Assembly: GCA_003971905.1 (NCBI GenBank)
Contig: RSEE01000103.1
Coordinates: 124,001 to 188,000, forward strand
Length of the DNA: 64,000 nucleotides
Reading direction: 5' to 3'
Source: Moniliella sp. 'wahieum'
Lineage: Eukaryota
This document shows, piece by piece, positions 1 through 11,515 of the stretch (position 1 is the stretch's first letter; each line of letters opens with the position of its first letter). The notes under the pieces were generated by a model. The model did no database searches and had not been told where the DNA came from. It saw only the letters and a list, made by a program, of their open reading frames with translations. The position numbers and the translations under genes are program-made.

Positions 1-1020
1 CCTGGTCCAGCGCTTCGAAGACCTGGCCAAGTGCGCCACGCGCATGCGCCAGGACGCGGCCTCGTACCGCCTGTGTGTGCAGAACATGCTCTTATCCTCC
101 ACCGCGTTTGGTGCTGGCCTTACCAAGGTCTTTTCGCCCCTCGGCAGCGAGCCGCATGACTTGGCCGAGTCCCAGCCGCAGGTACGCAAAGCCCTCGCCA
201 CCCTCCCCGGGTACGATGCGCTGATGGCCGACGTGCGCCAGACGGTCGAACCCGAGGTTAAGCTGATTGAGACCAAGATTGTGGCGCCGCTCAAGGACTT
301 TGAGGCGGTGTGCGCGGCCATCCGTAAGAACCTGACCAAGCGGGACCATAAGCGGGTCGACTTGGAACGCCACCTCGGCTCGTACGAAAAGGTAAAACAA
401 AAGGAGATCAAGACGCCCAAAGACGAACAAACTGTTCAAAGTCGAACACGACTACGAGACGGCCAAGTCTGATTTCGATTACTTTAACGATGCACTCAAG
501 GCGGAGCTGCCACAGTTTTTCATCATGGCGGTCAAGTTGGTGGTACCGCTGGGTATTCGCTGTATTACATGCAGATCAACATCTTTTACCTTCGTACCAT
601 CTCATGGCACGCTTTTGGGACGACAAACTTCCTCTCGACAGGGAAGCCGAGACGATCAAGCCAGATTACCTCGCTGCACTGGGGGACACACTGGAGAAGA
701 TGGAACAGCTGTCCATCCATCACGATCCTGTGGCATCGGCATTAGTGATTGAGCGGTCCAAGATAGCCAAGGGCGCAGCCATCGTTGAAGCCAAGAAACG
801 CGCTAGCGCCGAGGGGTATGTGCCGGACAAACCGAGACGAGAAGCTCCTTATGTGATTGCCCTGTACGACTTTACCGCCCAAGCTGTTGGTGACCTCTCC
901 TTCTCCGCCGGAGACAAGATCGAGGTCGTGTCGCGCACCGATTCGAGGCAGGATTGGTGGACGGGTAAGGTGCGTGGGGTAGAGGGTGTCTTCCCTGGAA
1001 ATTACAGTCGCGACCCGTGA
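1..1020 (+). CDS. BAR + SH3 amphiphysin-type protein (Rvs167/Hob1-like), 5' partial, frameshifted
   Basis: BAR segment AIRKNLTKRDHKRVDLERH, then (shifted frame) FNDALKAELPQFF. C-terminal SH3 YVIALYDFTAQAVGDLSFSAGDKIEVVSRTDSRQDWWTGKVRGVEGVFPGNY, stop at 1018-1020. Confidence 0.8.
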
Positions 1021-1040
1021 TTCGTGATTCGTGATTCGTG
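1016..1040. repeat. 7-bp tandem repeat (CGTGATT) x~3.5 overlapping the stop codon
   Basis: cgtgattcgtgattcgtgattcgtg read directly. Confidence 0.9.
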
Positions 1041-1289
1041 GTTTGGTTGTGACGTGGGCACAAAGCATGATACCCACATCCTCCTTGATACCTTTCTCCT
1101 CCCCCCGCGCTCGAACCGACTGTCCACTTGGGGCTGGATGCTAGCCCAATATGCATACGACGTGTTACGCTCCTCCTTTTGATCACAACAACACAATTGA
1201 TCAGATCAGCGGTGATTCGTTTGCTTTGTTTAGAGTCTCCTTCTCCCTGTCGACAATCGATTTTAAGGACGTTTATTTGCTTTTCCTTT

Positions 1290-1790
1290 CCTCCCCCGTC
1301 TGGGCATAGTGAAATGAGTACCAGGTATTGCCGAGTTGAGCAGAAGAAAGGGATCCTATCCTTCCTCTTCTCGCACGGAATGGACAGATATCAAGAATGT
1401 AGTGCATCAAGGCCTTTGAGCGGAGAGGATGGCGAATTGACAACGAACCGTGTACAGGAGAGGTCGTATACATCTCCTGGTGTGGAGATGAACCAGCGAG
1501 AGGAAGAAGTGAGAGGAAGAACTGGATGTCAGTGCCAACTCGCTCGGCCTGACAAGGCTGAACGCAGAACGGTAAACATTCCCAAAGTTATCGCAGGCTG
1601 TTCAAAAGTGTTCCTTCAGGACTCTCGAGCTTCCGGCCGGTAATAAAGAAGGACCCTCTGCTATAGGGGTCAAGCCAAAGCTTCAAGAGTCTTCGTACTG
1701 CAATTCCTATATTCGTAGACCGCGATCTGTCAGGTTTACCGGGAACCCCACTTGTTGGATCAATTGATCGATCGATCAGCTTGGTCAGAA
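1290..1790 (-). mobile_element. Highly degenerate CRE-like non-LTR RT fragment
   Basis: Motifs in the expected order across frames: GKPDRSRSTNIGIAVRRLLKLW (~KPDGGIRPIAVGExxRRL), SAFSLVR (~NAFNSVxR), RWFISTPGDV (~WxYxxPSxL), SLSIRHPL (~FSLxIRPxL), MHYILDI (~AYLDDI). Confidence 0.4.
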
Positions 1791-2791
1791 CTGGCATAGT
1801 AGTCTATGTGCTTCTATAACGATACTAACTTCAAGCTTCACCCCGATCCGTACTATATAAGTACTGGTATCTTCATTGGGGATGGGGTTGTATTCTATCC
1901 AACAGTGCACTTTTTAGGTGGAGCCAAACACCTATATACAGAGGGTGGCTCGTGCGTCACAGATAAATGGTCCATTGTCCCAGTGTCTTTTTATTCCCCT
2001 TCTCTACTCTGTTCGCTAACCAAGTACGTACCACCATCAGCGTCTCCTCACCACTGTGGACATCAGTTTCTCGTCGCGTCTATCAAATGATTTCTTCTTC
2101 AAGCTATCCATCCCGCGTTTGCTGTTGTGGCTATAGATGCGTTGTGTGACGGTGCCGGTACTGCCATCAAGTTGGTTTGTTGTTGGAAGGAGGGAAAAAA
2201 TACGCGTGACTGTCGGGTTTCTATACTCGCGAAGAGAGGGGCCACCAGGGCGTCGACAAATGATGGAATGAGGAAGGAGCGAACCACTCAGCACGAGCCG
2301 GTGGGGATGCCGCGGGGAGTTCGGCGATGGTTGCTGGTCGAGGTGAGGGAGCTACTAGTGGGGTGGGTGCAGACGCAAGCAGGATGGTCGATGGATCCGG
2401 AGGCGGTGGACTTCTCTGTCGGCCAAAAAGCCACCCAAAAAGCCACCCAAAAGCCAGTTTTGCGGGGCGGCGATATATGCCCCACAGCCTAAGTCCACAC
2501 TGCTCCCGTGCCCGCCCAGCTGCCTCGTGCGGACGCCAGGGGGCGGAACGGCGCACACAGACACAGTGCCCCGCCCCAGGGCGCTGCACGTGCTCTGGCC
2601 CAAATAAGCAAGCCTGCGCAGTCGATCCGTAGCAGCCCCGCCTCTCTTCCACCCATCCACCGCCACCGCCATTGCCATCGCCATCGCCAGCGCCATCGCC
2701 ATCGGCTTCTCCACCGCCATCACCACCCCCACCACCATCACCCCCACTGCCTCCCCTCCTCCTCCTGTACCTCCCGCCTCGCCAGGGCGCC

Positions 2792-5700
2792 ATGCCCGCC
2801 CCCACCAGCCCAGACGGCGAGCCTGTGCCCGCAGCCCACCTGGTACGTTGCCCCTGGTCCTGCCTGCGGCTCCTCCCCACTGCATGCGCGTCCCGCGCCC
2901 CGCGCCTTGCACCTATCGAGACCGATATCGCTTCCTTGTTGGCCCCTGCGGCATGGCTGACCCCCCTCTCTGTTCTCTCCCAGGTGCACTGACACCCGAC
3001 CAGGCCCACAAATTGCGCCAATTTTACCTCGCATTTGACCGGCTCACACACCAGTATCTTCACGTCTCCGACGCCCTCAGCCGCCGCGGGGCCCCTCCTC
3101 CCTGCCCAAGGTCGATCGCCTCCCCCAGGACGACAAGGAACCCGGCACGGGTATTCCGAAGGACGATGCTGCCAAGGACAAAGCGAAGCGCATCGAGGAG
3201 CAGCGTGAGATGGACAAGTGTCTGCAGACGTATGGCGGCTACTACCTACGCAAGGCATTCTACCGACTTTGTCAAGGTCCGTACTTTCTTCTTCCTCCGT
3301 CTCCTGCTCTTCAAGTGCCAAAGGGAATGCTAACGTTGGTTATGATCCAGGCCGATTACGTCGACAGTGTTGCGCTTCGCTTCTTGCGTGCCCGCAAGTG
3401 GCATGTTGATCGCGCTGTGGCTATGCTATGTGCCACACTCGGATTCCGCCTCGACATGGACATCGAGGGTCTTCTGGCCCAGGGCGAGAATGGCCTAAAG
3501 GAGGTGCCTGGCTTTCTGAATCAGTTTCGTCGTGTGCATTTCGTATGTGCGTGGCAACACTGACGCTCCGGGCGAGCACCCCATTTACTACATCCATGTT
3601 GCACGCCACTTTGCCAGTGCTCAGAAGATTGAGACGCTCCAACGATTTGTTCTTCTGGCTCTCGAGTCGACACGTCAATTGTGTACGCCTCCTTGTGAAA
3701 CGTCCATCGTGTTGATGGACCTTACTGGCTTCGGCCTCAAAAACAGTTGCGTATCTCCTTCCCCCCCCTCCTCTTTTCTGGTTGTTGAACGATGCAGAGA
3801 GATTGACCCTTTCTCACAGTGGACTGGCAAGGGGTTCTAGCTCTGACTCGATCTCTCGAGTCGTACTACCCCGAGTCACTGCACCACATGTACATCCACG
3901 CCGCTCCATGGATTTTCCGTGGCATTTGGCAAGTCCTTGCGCCAATGTTGGACCCCGTTGTCCGCGAGAAGATCACATTCACAAATAAGGTCCAGGATTT
4001 GGAAGAGGCCATCCCGGCGTACAAGCTTCGGGTTGCCATGGGCGGTACGATGGAGTGGGACTGGGACTACACTGAACCCGGCCCCCGTGAGAACAGTCTG
4101 TTGCAACATACGGACATTGCCGATCGCATTCGGGAGGAGCGGGACGCGTTGTGGGAGCAGTTTGAACAGGCTACCTTGACGTGGTGCCAATCTGCTTCGG
4201 ACAAGGAAGTGCCCGACTTGGCTTTTGACCGCCTCGTTCTCCAAAACAGATTCGTCTCAAACAGCTGCAGCTCAACCCCTTTGTTCGCGCCACTAACGTG
4301 TACCAGCGCCAAGGTATTCTCACCGAGGCCAATTCCCACACGTGGGAGTACCCGCAACGTTCTGGCTCGATCCGAACCCAGACTGTTGGTGAACGACCGA
4401 TATTCCAGCTTTGGTCGAATGGCTCTTGCACCACCAGGATATCTTTCTCGATTCGTATGGGACCCGGTTTGGAGCCTGTGGGACCGACCGCTCACCTGAA
4501 CTCATCCCCACCTGGGTCAAGAAGCATGGTGGGCCAGTGCTAATTCCCGCTTTAGCCACTGACTCTACCAGCGCTCGACGTGGTGGCTCCAACAGGCACT
4601 CCTCGCTGGTTGGAAACGCTTCACGCTCCGCCCCTACTTACCCTACGCCCCTGTCTGATCGGACCTACTCTAATAACAGTGATGTGGCGTACGAAGCTGT
4701 GTCCGCTCGCATACTCGCTTGTCGTCCGGTGACGTCTCGACCTTGTCCCATGGCACGCAAGGGTTTGCCACGCCACCCGAGATTGGCTATGCAGAGGACG
4801 AGGGCAATGAAGTGGTGTACGGCGCAAATGGCGCCCCTCGTGGTGCTCCCCAACCTTTGGGTACTCCTGCTACCCCTGCTACCAATGATATGGGGGTGGA
4901 CGAGAGCGGCGTAGCGGCCTCCAGTTCGGCCCAAACGGAATCGTTTGTGGGCGAGAACAAGTACCGGTACGGAATGGAGGATGAGTCGGGCGACGTTTCG
5001 GACGATTCGGATGCCCCCGAGACGTCGGTTCGGCCCGATTACATTCCCGCCAAACCTGTCAAGCTCGCTCAGGTCATGGTAACAGATGATGAGTGCCGTC
5101 AAGATATCAAGGTGGTGCACCAGGTGATGGATTTGTTCCTTGATTCTCGCATGCTCGAAGCAGAGGAACTCTGTGTCGTCAATGCAGGCACACGATTGTA
5201 CAAGGCGGCGGCATGTCTTTGATCAACTTTGTCAAGGCGTACATGACCTTTGAGAATGCCGACATTGAAACTGCGATTCATTGCTGCAAGCACACCATCT
5301 CTGTGGCGTCATTGCTACGCAAGAAGCATCGGGTGGGCCACTTGGTTCAAAACAAGAAGAGCTTTTACCGCTCAATGTCCTTTGTTCAACTTCATGCCGA
5401 GATGTTGTTTGGAGAGATCACTTTGTTGGTCAACGTTTTGCGCATCACCAAAGCCCGCGGGGGCATTGGTTTGATCAAGCACGCACTTGGCTTGCGTACC
5501 GCCTACATCATCCTGCGCGACTTGTATCGCTTCATTGAGGTGACTGATGCCCGTTCGGAACACGAGTCGATCACCGGTAAGAAGGGCTCCCATCCTCCAA
5601 CGGTCTTGGACGCCGATTTCCGGTCAGGAGTGTACTTTTCCTTTGCAGCTTGCACTCTCGTCTTGTCGTTTATGCCTGGCCGTGCGCACAAGGTACTGGA

Positions 5701-7376
5701 AGGTCTTGGATTCAATGGCGATCGGCAATTTGCGCTCCAAGTCCTGCAACGTGCGGGAGGATGGTCCAGGGACCGGTCGCAGCCCGCTGTTCCAGCGGAA
5801 ACAGAGGGTATTCTTCGTCCCTTGTGCGACATCTTGCTGATCTGCTACCACACGTCGTCTTGCCTACGTTTGTTCCTGTATTGGTTGACATTCGCTTCGT
5901 GGACCACATCTTGCAGTGGAACTTGCAACGCTTCCCCCACGGGATCTTTTTCCTTTACTTCCAAGCGCGTCTGTACGCTGCCCAGGCCCTCCCTGAGAAG
6001 TCGATTGAGTACTTGCGCCACTCGATCGAGGCCCAGCGCAGCTTTAAACAGCTGGACCACATCTCGTTCTTTGACTTGTCCCTCACCTATCTCTCCACCT
6101 GTGACTTTAGTCGAGCGCGAATGCTTTGATGTGCTGTCGCGCGAGAGCAATTGGAGTCGGGCCATCTATCAGTACGCGCGGGCCGTCTGCCTGGTGGAAA
6201 GCGGGATGGACGACCAAGTCAAGAGCGCAACCATTATGCGTACGGTCGCAGGGCTCAAACGCAAGTTGGCATGTACTACGATTCCCCTGGAACAGTTCTG
6301 CACCGATCATGCCAAGCTGTTTGTGGCGCAGAACAATCGTCTTCCCCTCCCGGGATCGAGTTTAGTTACCTCTTCCACTGCATGTCCCAAACACCGGTCT
6401 TTCTCTTGATTGAGAACACACTTACCCGCATCGACGACTTTATCGACGACTTGGAACGCTACTCGGACTTGTCCGCCTATGGCTCGGACCGGGAGAGGAC
6501 GAGTACTGGTCAGCATATTGTCTGTCCTTCTTCCTGCGTGGCGTGGCACTACGCTACGTTGCCTTCCCGGACGAACGAACAATCGTTCGTGCCCCACCCG
6601 AGGAAGCCATTGGCCGGCACAGCGATGTGGTGCAAGATGCGTTGCTTAGTTTCCACAAGGTCATCCAGCATGGCCACCGTCTCACCAAAAGTACAATTGC
6701 TCGTCTACTTTGCCCATTACGAGCTGGGTCGTCTGCTAGAGTGCATGGGGAACCGCGCCGGTGCAACGCACGAGTTTGACCTTGTGCTCTCGGGTCGACC
6801 ACTGGAACAGTACGGGCGTGGGTACGGTAGGGCCGGTGCCGAGCACCACGTCCGACGTCCCACCACGGGCAAGGCACATTACCTCTTGGAAAACATGTGC
6901 ATGCTCCGACGCGCGCGTCGGCAGAGGCGATGCGCATTCGACAATCGCATCCTCTGTCGGAGCTGTACGAAGGAGGGCTGAACCAAGGTGTGTCATCCGT
7001 CTCGCTCGGCTCGCGCTCAGCAGGCGATCGTACTTCCCTCTCGGGCCAATCATCCTTCTTTGCCGCCGCTGCACCAGGCACGACCTTATCGGACGTAATC
7101 GGCCACTCGTCCGTCCGCGCCCCTTCCTCCTACGGAGAAGTCCGCTCGGACTACGCCCCCTCTGAAACAGGTCCGATCGCCCAAGGCAGCCCGTCAACTC
7201 GGATGGTTTCCCCTCGTCCCCCGGCTCACCTGGCTCCCCTACCAACTACTACTACTACTGCTACTGCTGCCACACCTACCTCCTCTCCTTCTGGCCCGGG
7301 CCCAGGATCACGCCAGAGGAACAGCGTGGTAACCAGTCGCATGCGTAGTATGCGAGGGTACGAGGGTAGGTCTTAG
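2792..7376 (+). CDS. CRAL-TRIO (Sec14/Csr1-like) lipid-transfer domain apparently fused to an Iml2/TTC39 (DUF3808) TPR-like region; multi-exon, frameshifted
   Basis: ATG 2792 MPAPTSPDGEPVPAAHL(G)ALTPDQ. CRAL-TRIO: DSVALRFLRARKWHVDRAVAML, IVLMDLTGFGLKN|MDW (intron 3746-3819), LESYYPESLHHMYIHAAPWIFRGIW..MLDPVVREKITFT. TTC39-like: VMDLFLDSRMLEAEELC, DFRSGVYF, LEGLGFNGDRQFAL, ESNWSRAIYQY, FAHYELGRL, YLLENMCMLR. Other introns at ~2843-2983 and ~3276-3350. Confidence 0.75.
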
Positions 7377-7664
7377 GCCTTAGCCTACCACTTTGCTGCC
7401 TTTCTCCCCCTCCCCCCCACAGGGACCCTGTTGGGTAGCCAATCGTCTTCTCTTCAAAAGTGCGCCAAGGCAGCATCCGCGTCGACTGATCGATCGGTTC
7501 GCCGTGCCACCGCGTCCTCGATATTTCCTTTGGTCTATTCCTTTCAACGCCCAGGTTGGACCTTCAAGCTTCAAGCTTCAAGCTTCATTGACCATCTCTC
7601 TCTCCAAAATCGCGACGGATCACCTCACCTCTCTATCCTTTGACCTTTGTCCTTCCTCCTTCCT

Positions 7665-7810
7665 TCTCCTCTCCTCTATCCTTTATCCTTATCCTTTATC
7701 CTTTATCCTTTATCTTCAACCGCTTTCCCTGACGTTGTCCCCGTCCCTGTCCCTACCCCTGTCCCTGTCCCTATCCCTATTCCTATCCTTGTCCCTATCC
7801 TTTCCCCCCC
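7665..7810. repeat. Pyrimidine-rich degenerate tract: (TATCCTT)n then (CCCTGT/CCCTAT)n
   Basis: Visible directly between the convergent CRAL-TRIO/TTC39 and PEX5 3' ends. Confidence 0.8.
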
Positions 7811-8405
7811 CTGACGCGTCCACCAACCACTGTGGTCGTCGTGATCGCCGTAATCAGTGGTTGTCCTGATCTACCCCCTCGGAAGCTGACCGGATGAATC
7901 TTGCATTCCTCCTGTCCTCTTCCCCTGTCAGAACGACAGGTTGAGATTGATTAGTAGGCGTGATGCTGCGAGCCACAGGTTTCTGATCCGCACAGACAAC
8001 GACCTGTGTTGACCTCTGTGGTGCATCCTGTAAGTGGGCGGGCCCGAGCTCATTACTAAAGCTCTAACCGCTACGGATGGCCGCATCTAGTGGGGGGGCT
8101 GCGATTCTCATATCTCAGGATGACGTATGAGTTGTGAGTTGGCAAATACTTTGGATTCAGAAGGCAAAATAAAAGGCAAATACTTTTGTCGATCAGATCG
8201 ATCAGAGTGGTGGTGGCACATACTATACACACGAGCCCATGATACATCGTCCGTGTTGATTTCTTTTTGGTCTTCCGGGTGTGTAACGCCGAAACGGAGG
8301 ACCATCCCCACCTCCAAGTCGTCCCCTCTCTACTAGGAAGAAGACTGGAAGGAAGGAGACTGACTTGCACCGACCTTCTCCCCCTCTTATCTTCCGGCCG
8401 ACGAA

Positions 8406-10719
8406 TCAAAAGGTAAATCCTGCCTGACGGAACACGTCCAAGGAGGTCGCCCCTTCAGCTGCCAACTGGGCCAGGTCCATCCGCCTCATCTTGAAAAATG
8501 CGGTAGACAAGGTGGACCACAGAGGACGGGCTTGGACCGTCATCGAATCCAACGCCAACCCTCCGCCCATACTATCCCTGTCACCTTCACCTTGTTCACC
8601 GTGGCCGTTGTGGCCATCGCCGCCCACACCACCCAAACCGGCGTTGGGTCTTGGTGCGCCGACTGTTGCAACGCCAACGCGGACAATAAGGCTTCAGCGG
8701 CTTCCGCATAGACACCCAGTCGCAGATCTGCAATCGGGCCCGCCCAACCCAGATCAAGAAAACGGAGAATGAATCCAGTTAGTATGTCAGTCCATTCATG
8801 TAATCATTGATATTGAAGCCAAAAGAGATGACCAGGTACGGTGTCCACACTTCACCCTGCCCTCAGATACCGTGTGTGTGAACGGTCTTTCTTGTGGACC
8901 CGAGGCAGGGCGAGCGTAGGCCTTCCCGATGAGGGATAAGACCCCCCCGCAACCCCCCAAGAACACACAAGAAAAAAAGAAGAAAAAGACGTACAGGATA
9001 CTCCGACGTTGTACATTGCACGGGGAAAGGCCGGTCGTAGTTCCAATGCACGACGATACGCTTCCAATGCAGCTTCGGGCTGGCCATCATTGGACAAAGT
9101 GGCGCCCAACCGGTTCCAGAGCATCCCATCCTCCGGACGAACCGACAAGGCCGACTCAAAGCAATCCCGCGCCTGGTCAAAGCGAGTTTGGACCGAGTAC
9201 AGCACACCCAAGCCGACTTGCACATCCGCATTGACCTGGTGCGTGGGCAGGTTCATGTCGTGCCGCACCGCACGCAGAAACCACTCGGTCGTACCCGAGA
9301 GATCGGGAGTGTAGCCAGCGGCTTGGCTGGGGTAGGTGCAGCTGGTACCGCGACAGGCGGTACCGTCTGCAAGGACAGGGGGGGAGGATAAAGGGAACAG
9401 CGCAGGGTAGGCTTGCTCAATGTATATCTGGAGCGTATGGGCCGTTTGGTCTGGCAGACCTTGGTTGGCATACGAGATGGCCAAGGGGAGGTAACACGCC
9501 AGGTTGGACGGGTCATGTGCCAGGGCTCGCCGTAGCGCTTGGATCGCCTTGACGTCCATCTCGTTCATGGCGTGCGCTTCGCCCAGGATACGGTACCGTT
9601 CCGAAACGTCCCGTTCCCTCGCAGTGCCGGGAGACTGTTGGATCGACGCTTCTAGGAGGAGAATCGCTGGATCAAGGAACCACCTTGGCTGAGCAGCGTA
9701 CTACCTTGCCCCAATGCATCGGGGTGATCAAGAAATGGATTGGGATAGTGCATCCGGTAGTCCCTTTCCCATGCGGCGCCCTGGGATTGGGCACTTGGCT
9801 TCTTCGTCTCGGAGGCCTGGGACGAAGATGGAGTCTCAGTGTCCTGTCCCAGCTGGGCATCGACCCCCCTTTCCGTCTGCTCTTCCGTGGGCAATGACGA
9901 GGGAGCCAACGCGGCAATCGTCTCGGGTAGCGTATCTGAAGCGTCAGATTCGAGTGTATGGTGGCGCTTGATGAATTCCGCCTCCCACCTCTCGTTGCTG
10001 ATGCGCGAGCTGGCCTCATTCCCCGACATGGGGAGAGACGGGGACGCAACAGAGGTAGATGCCACGAGGGAGGGCAGGGGGGAGGGATTGGGAGATAAAG
10101 GGGGAGCAGTCCACCGTGGTTGATGCAATGAGGTCGGCACCCTCGTTGGCCCAAGATCGCCTCGAGGCACGACGGAAAGAAGTGACGTGGTGGATGAAGA
10201 TGGAACGGATTGGTGCGCCGGCGGCGCGGCGCGGGTAAATTCGTCAAGCCATATCGTAGTAGGGACAGCGGCGGCGGCAGCAGCTTGCATTCTGTGGGCA
10301 GGGGAAGCAGACGGAGCTGGGAAAGCGGACGAGTGAGAGTGAGGCTGATGGGCCTGGGAAAGTTGGTCCAGGTGGCTGGCAACCAACGCCAAATCAAACG
10401 GCTGGTCGGCCACTGAAGCAGCTTCGGGTGGCGCCAAGCGCAACGGAGGAGGCGGGGCCCACAGTAGCTCGCTTTGGGCGCTTTGGCACGCCGCTTCCTC
10501 CTTCCTCGTGGTCCTGGCCACCTGACGGAATCTGACACCAGAGGGGCGGGACTCGGTGCGGCTGTTGGTGGATCCAGACGCGACATTGTCGAGACCGATC
10601 TGCTGGGGCGCGGCGGGCCAAGCAGGATTATAATCGTGCTGATGGCCGGCCAGCTTGGCCAAGGGGTTGGCACCGGCCATGCAGCTGGCCTCTGAAGACA
10701 TAGCACCGAGGAAGCTCAT
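8406..10719 (-). CDS. PEX5: Peroxisomal PTS1 receptor Pex5
   Basis: N-terminus MSFLGAMSSEASCMAGANPLAKL with the conserved Cys and NPL. WxxxF/Y motifs WLDEF, WEAEF, WERDY. TPRs ADVQVGLGVLY..ARDCFESALSVRPEDGMLWNRLGATLSN..AYRRALELRPAFPRAMYNVGVS|YLRLGVYAEAAEALLSAL across intron 8728-8994. C-terminus LWSTLSTAF..DVFRQAGFTF*. Confidence 0.92.
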
Positions 10720-11515
10720 GGTGGGGAAGACGGAAGATGGGGCGGTGGCGGTCGTGGGGGAGAGAGGGTACCAGAGATGCGTGCGAGCAGAGCCGGGCAA
10801 GAAGAAAACGGCACTGGGGTATTTGGTCGGTAGACTGGCAGAGGACACGGGTGTCTCCCCGTTGGTTATGGGAGGGGGGGCTACACTGCTGTGCTGCCCC
10901 ATCTTGGTTGCCAATCTGAGTGCACAGGCTGAGTATCAATATCGGTCTCAAAACTCGAGACAAGTCAGCGCGGGCTCAGCGGCTCACCCGCGTTAAGCGC
11001 GAAGCGCTGACAAGTGACTGACTCTTGTGTGAAGCTTGACGTGCTAGTAACTAGGACCCCGTACCCGCGATCCATCGCATCCGACACATCCGACACATCC
11101 GACACATGCTTCATTTATCTTCGCTGCTCGCCTCCCTCGGCATGCACCGCACGCGAGGCGCGAAGCGCTCCAGGCGCCTTGCTTGCAACTGCCGTCTTGC
11201 CTTCGCCCGTCGGCCACCGACAGGCCATGCCGTCCGACTGTTCTTTTTCTTTCTTGCGCCCAAGTCGGGCCGGCATGGCCTCGGGGAAGGACGAAGGGCG
11301 GAACGGGCTGGGCGGAATGGGCCGCCAGCCCGAATCACGTGCGCAGGCCAGGACGGATTGGTTGGGGCTGGGCGCCGGCAGGCAGCGCGACGTAGCCCAA
11401 CTCTAGCCGCTCGGGTTGCGCCGGCGCATCTGCCCCCACCCCACCCCCGCTTCTCCACTTTTGGCGCGTGCTTCCTGCCACCACCCCGTCCGCCGCGCTC
11501 CCTGCTCCCCTCCCC
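10720..11515. promoter_or_regulatory. Shared divergent promoter region of PEX5 and the TMEM135-like gene
   Basis: Two start codons face away from each other ~800 bp apart. GC/CpG-rich, with a (CATCCGACA)3 repeat at ~11078-11106. Confidence 0.5.

Noticed and set aside
7870..8090. Possible 5S rRNA or C/D snoRNA (GCGGCCAT on the minus strand; GTGATG..CTGA)
   Set aside because: Similarity stops after a few bases, and the box spacing is too short.
8860..8895. GAAA..hairpin..CUGA in the PEX5 intron as a hammerhead ribozyme or TPP riboswitch
   Set aside because: No CUGANGA core, no stem I between the putative cleavage site and CUGA, and no TPP CUGAGA/ACCUGA motif set.
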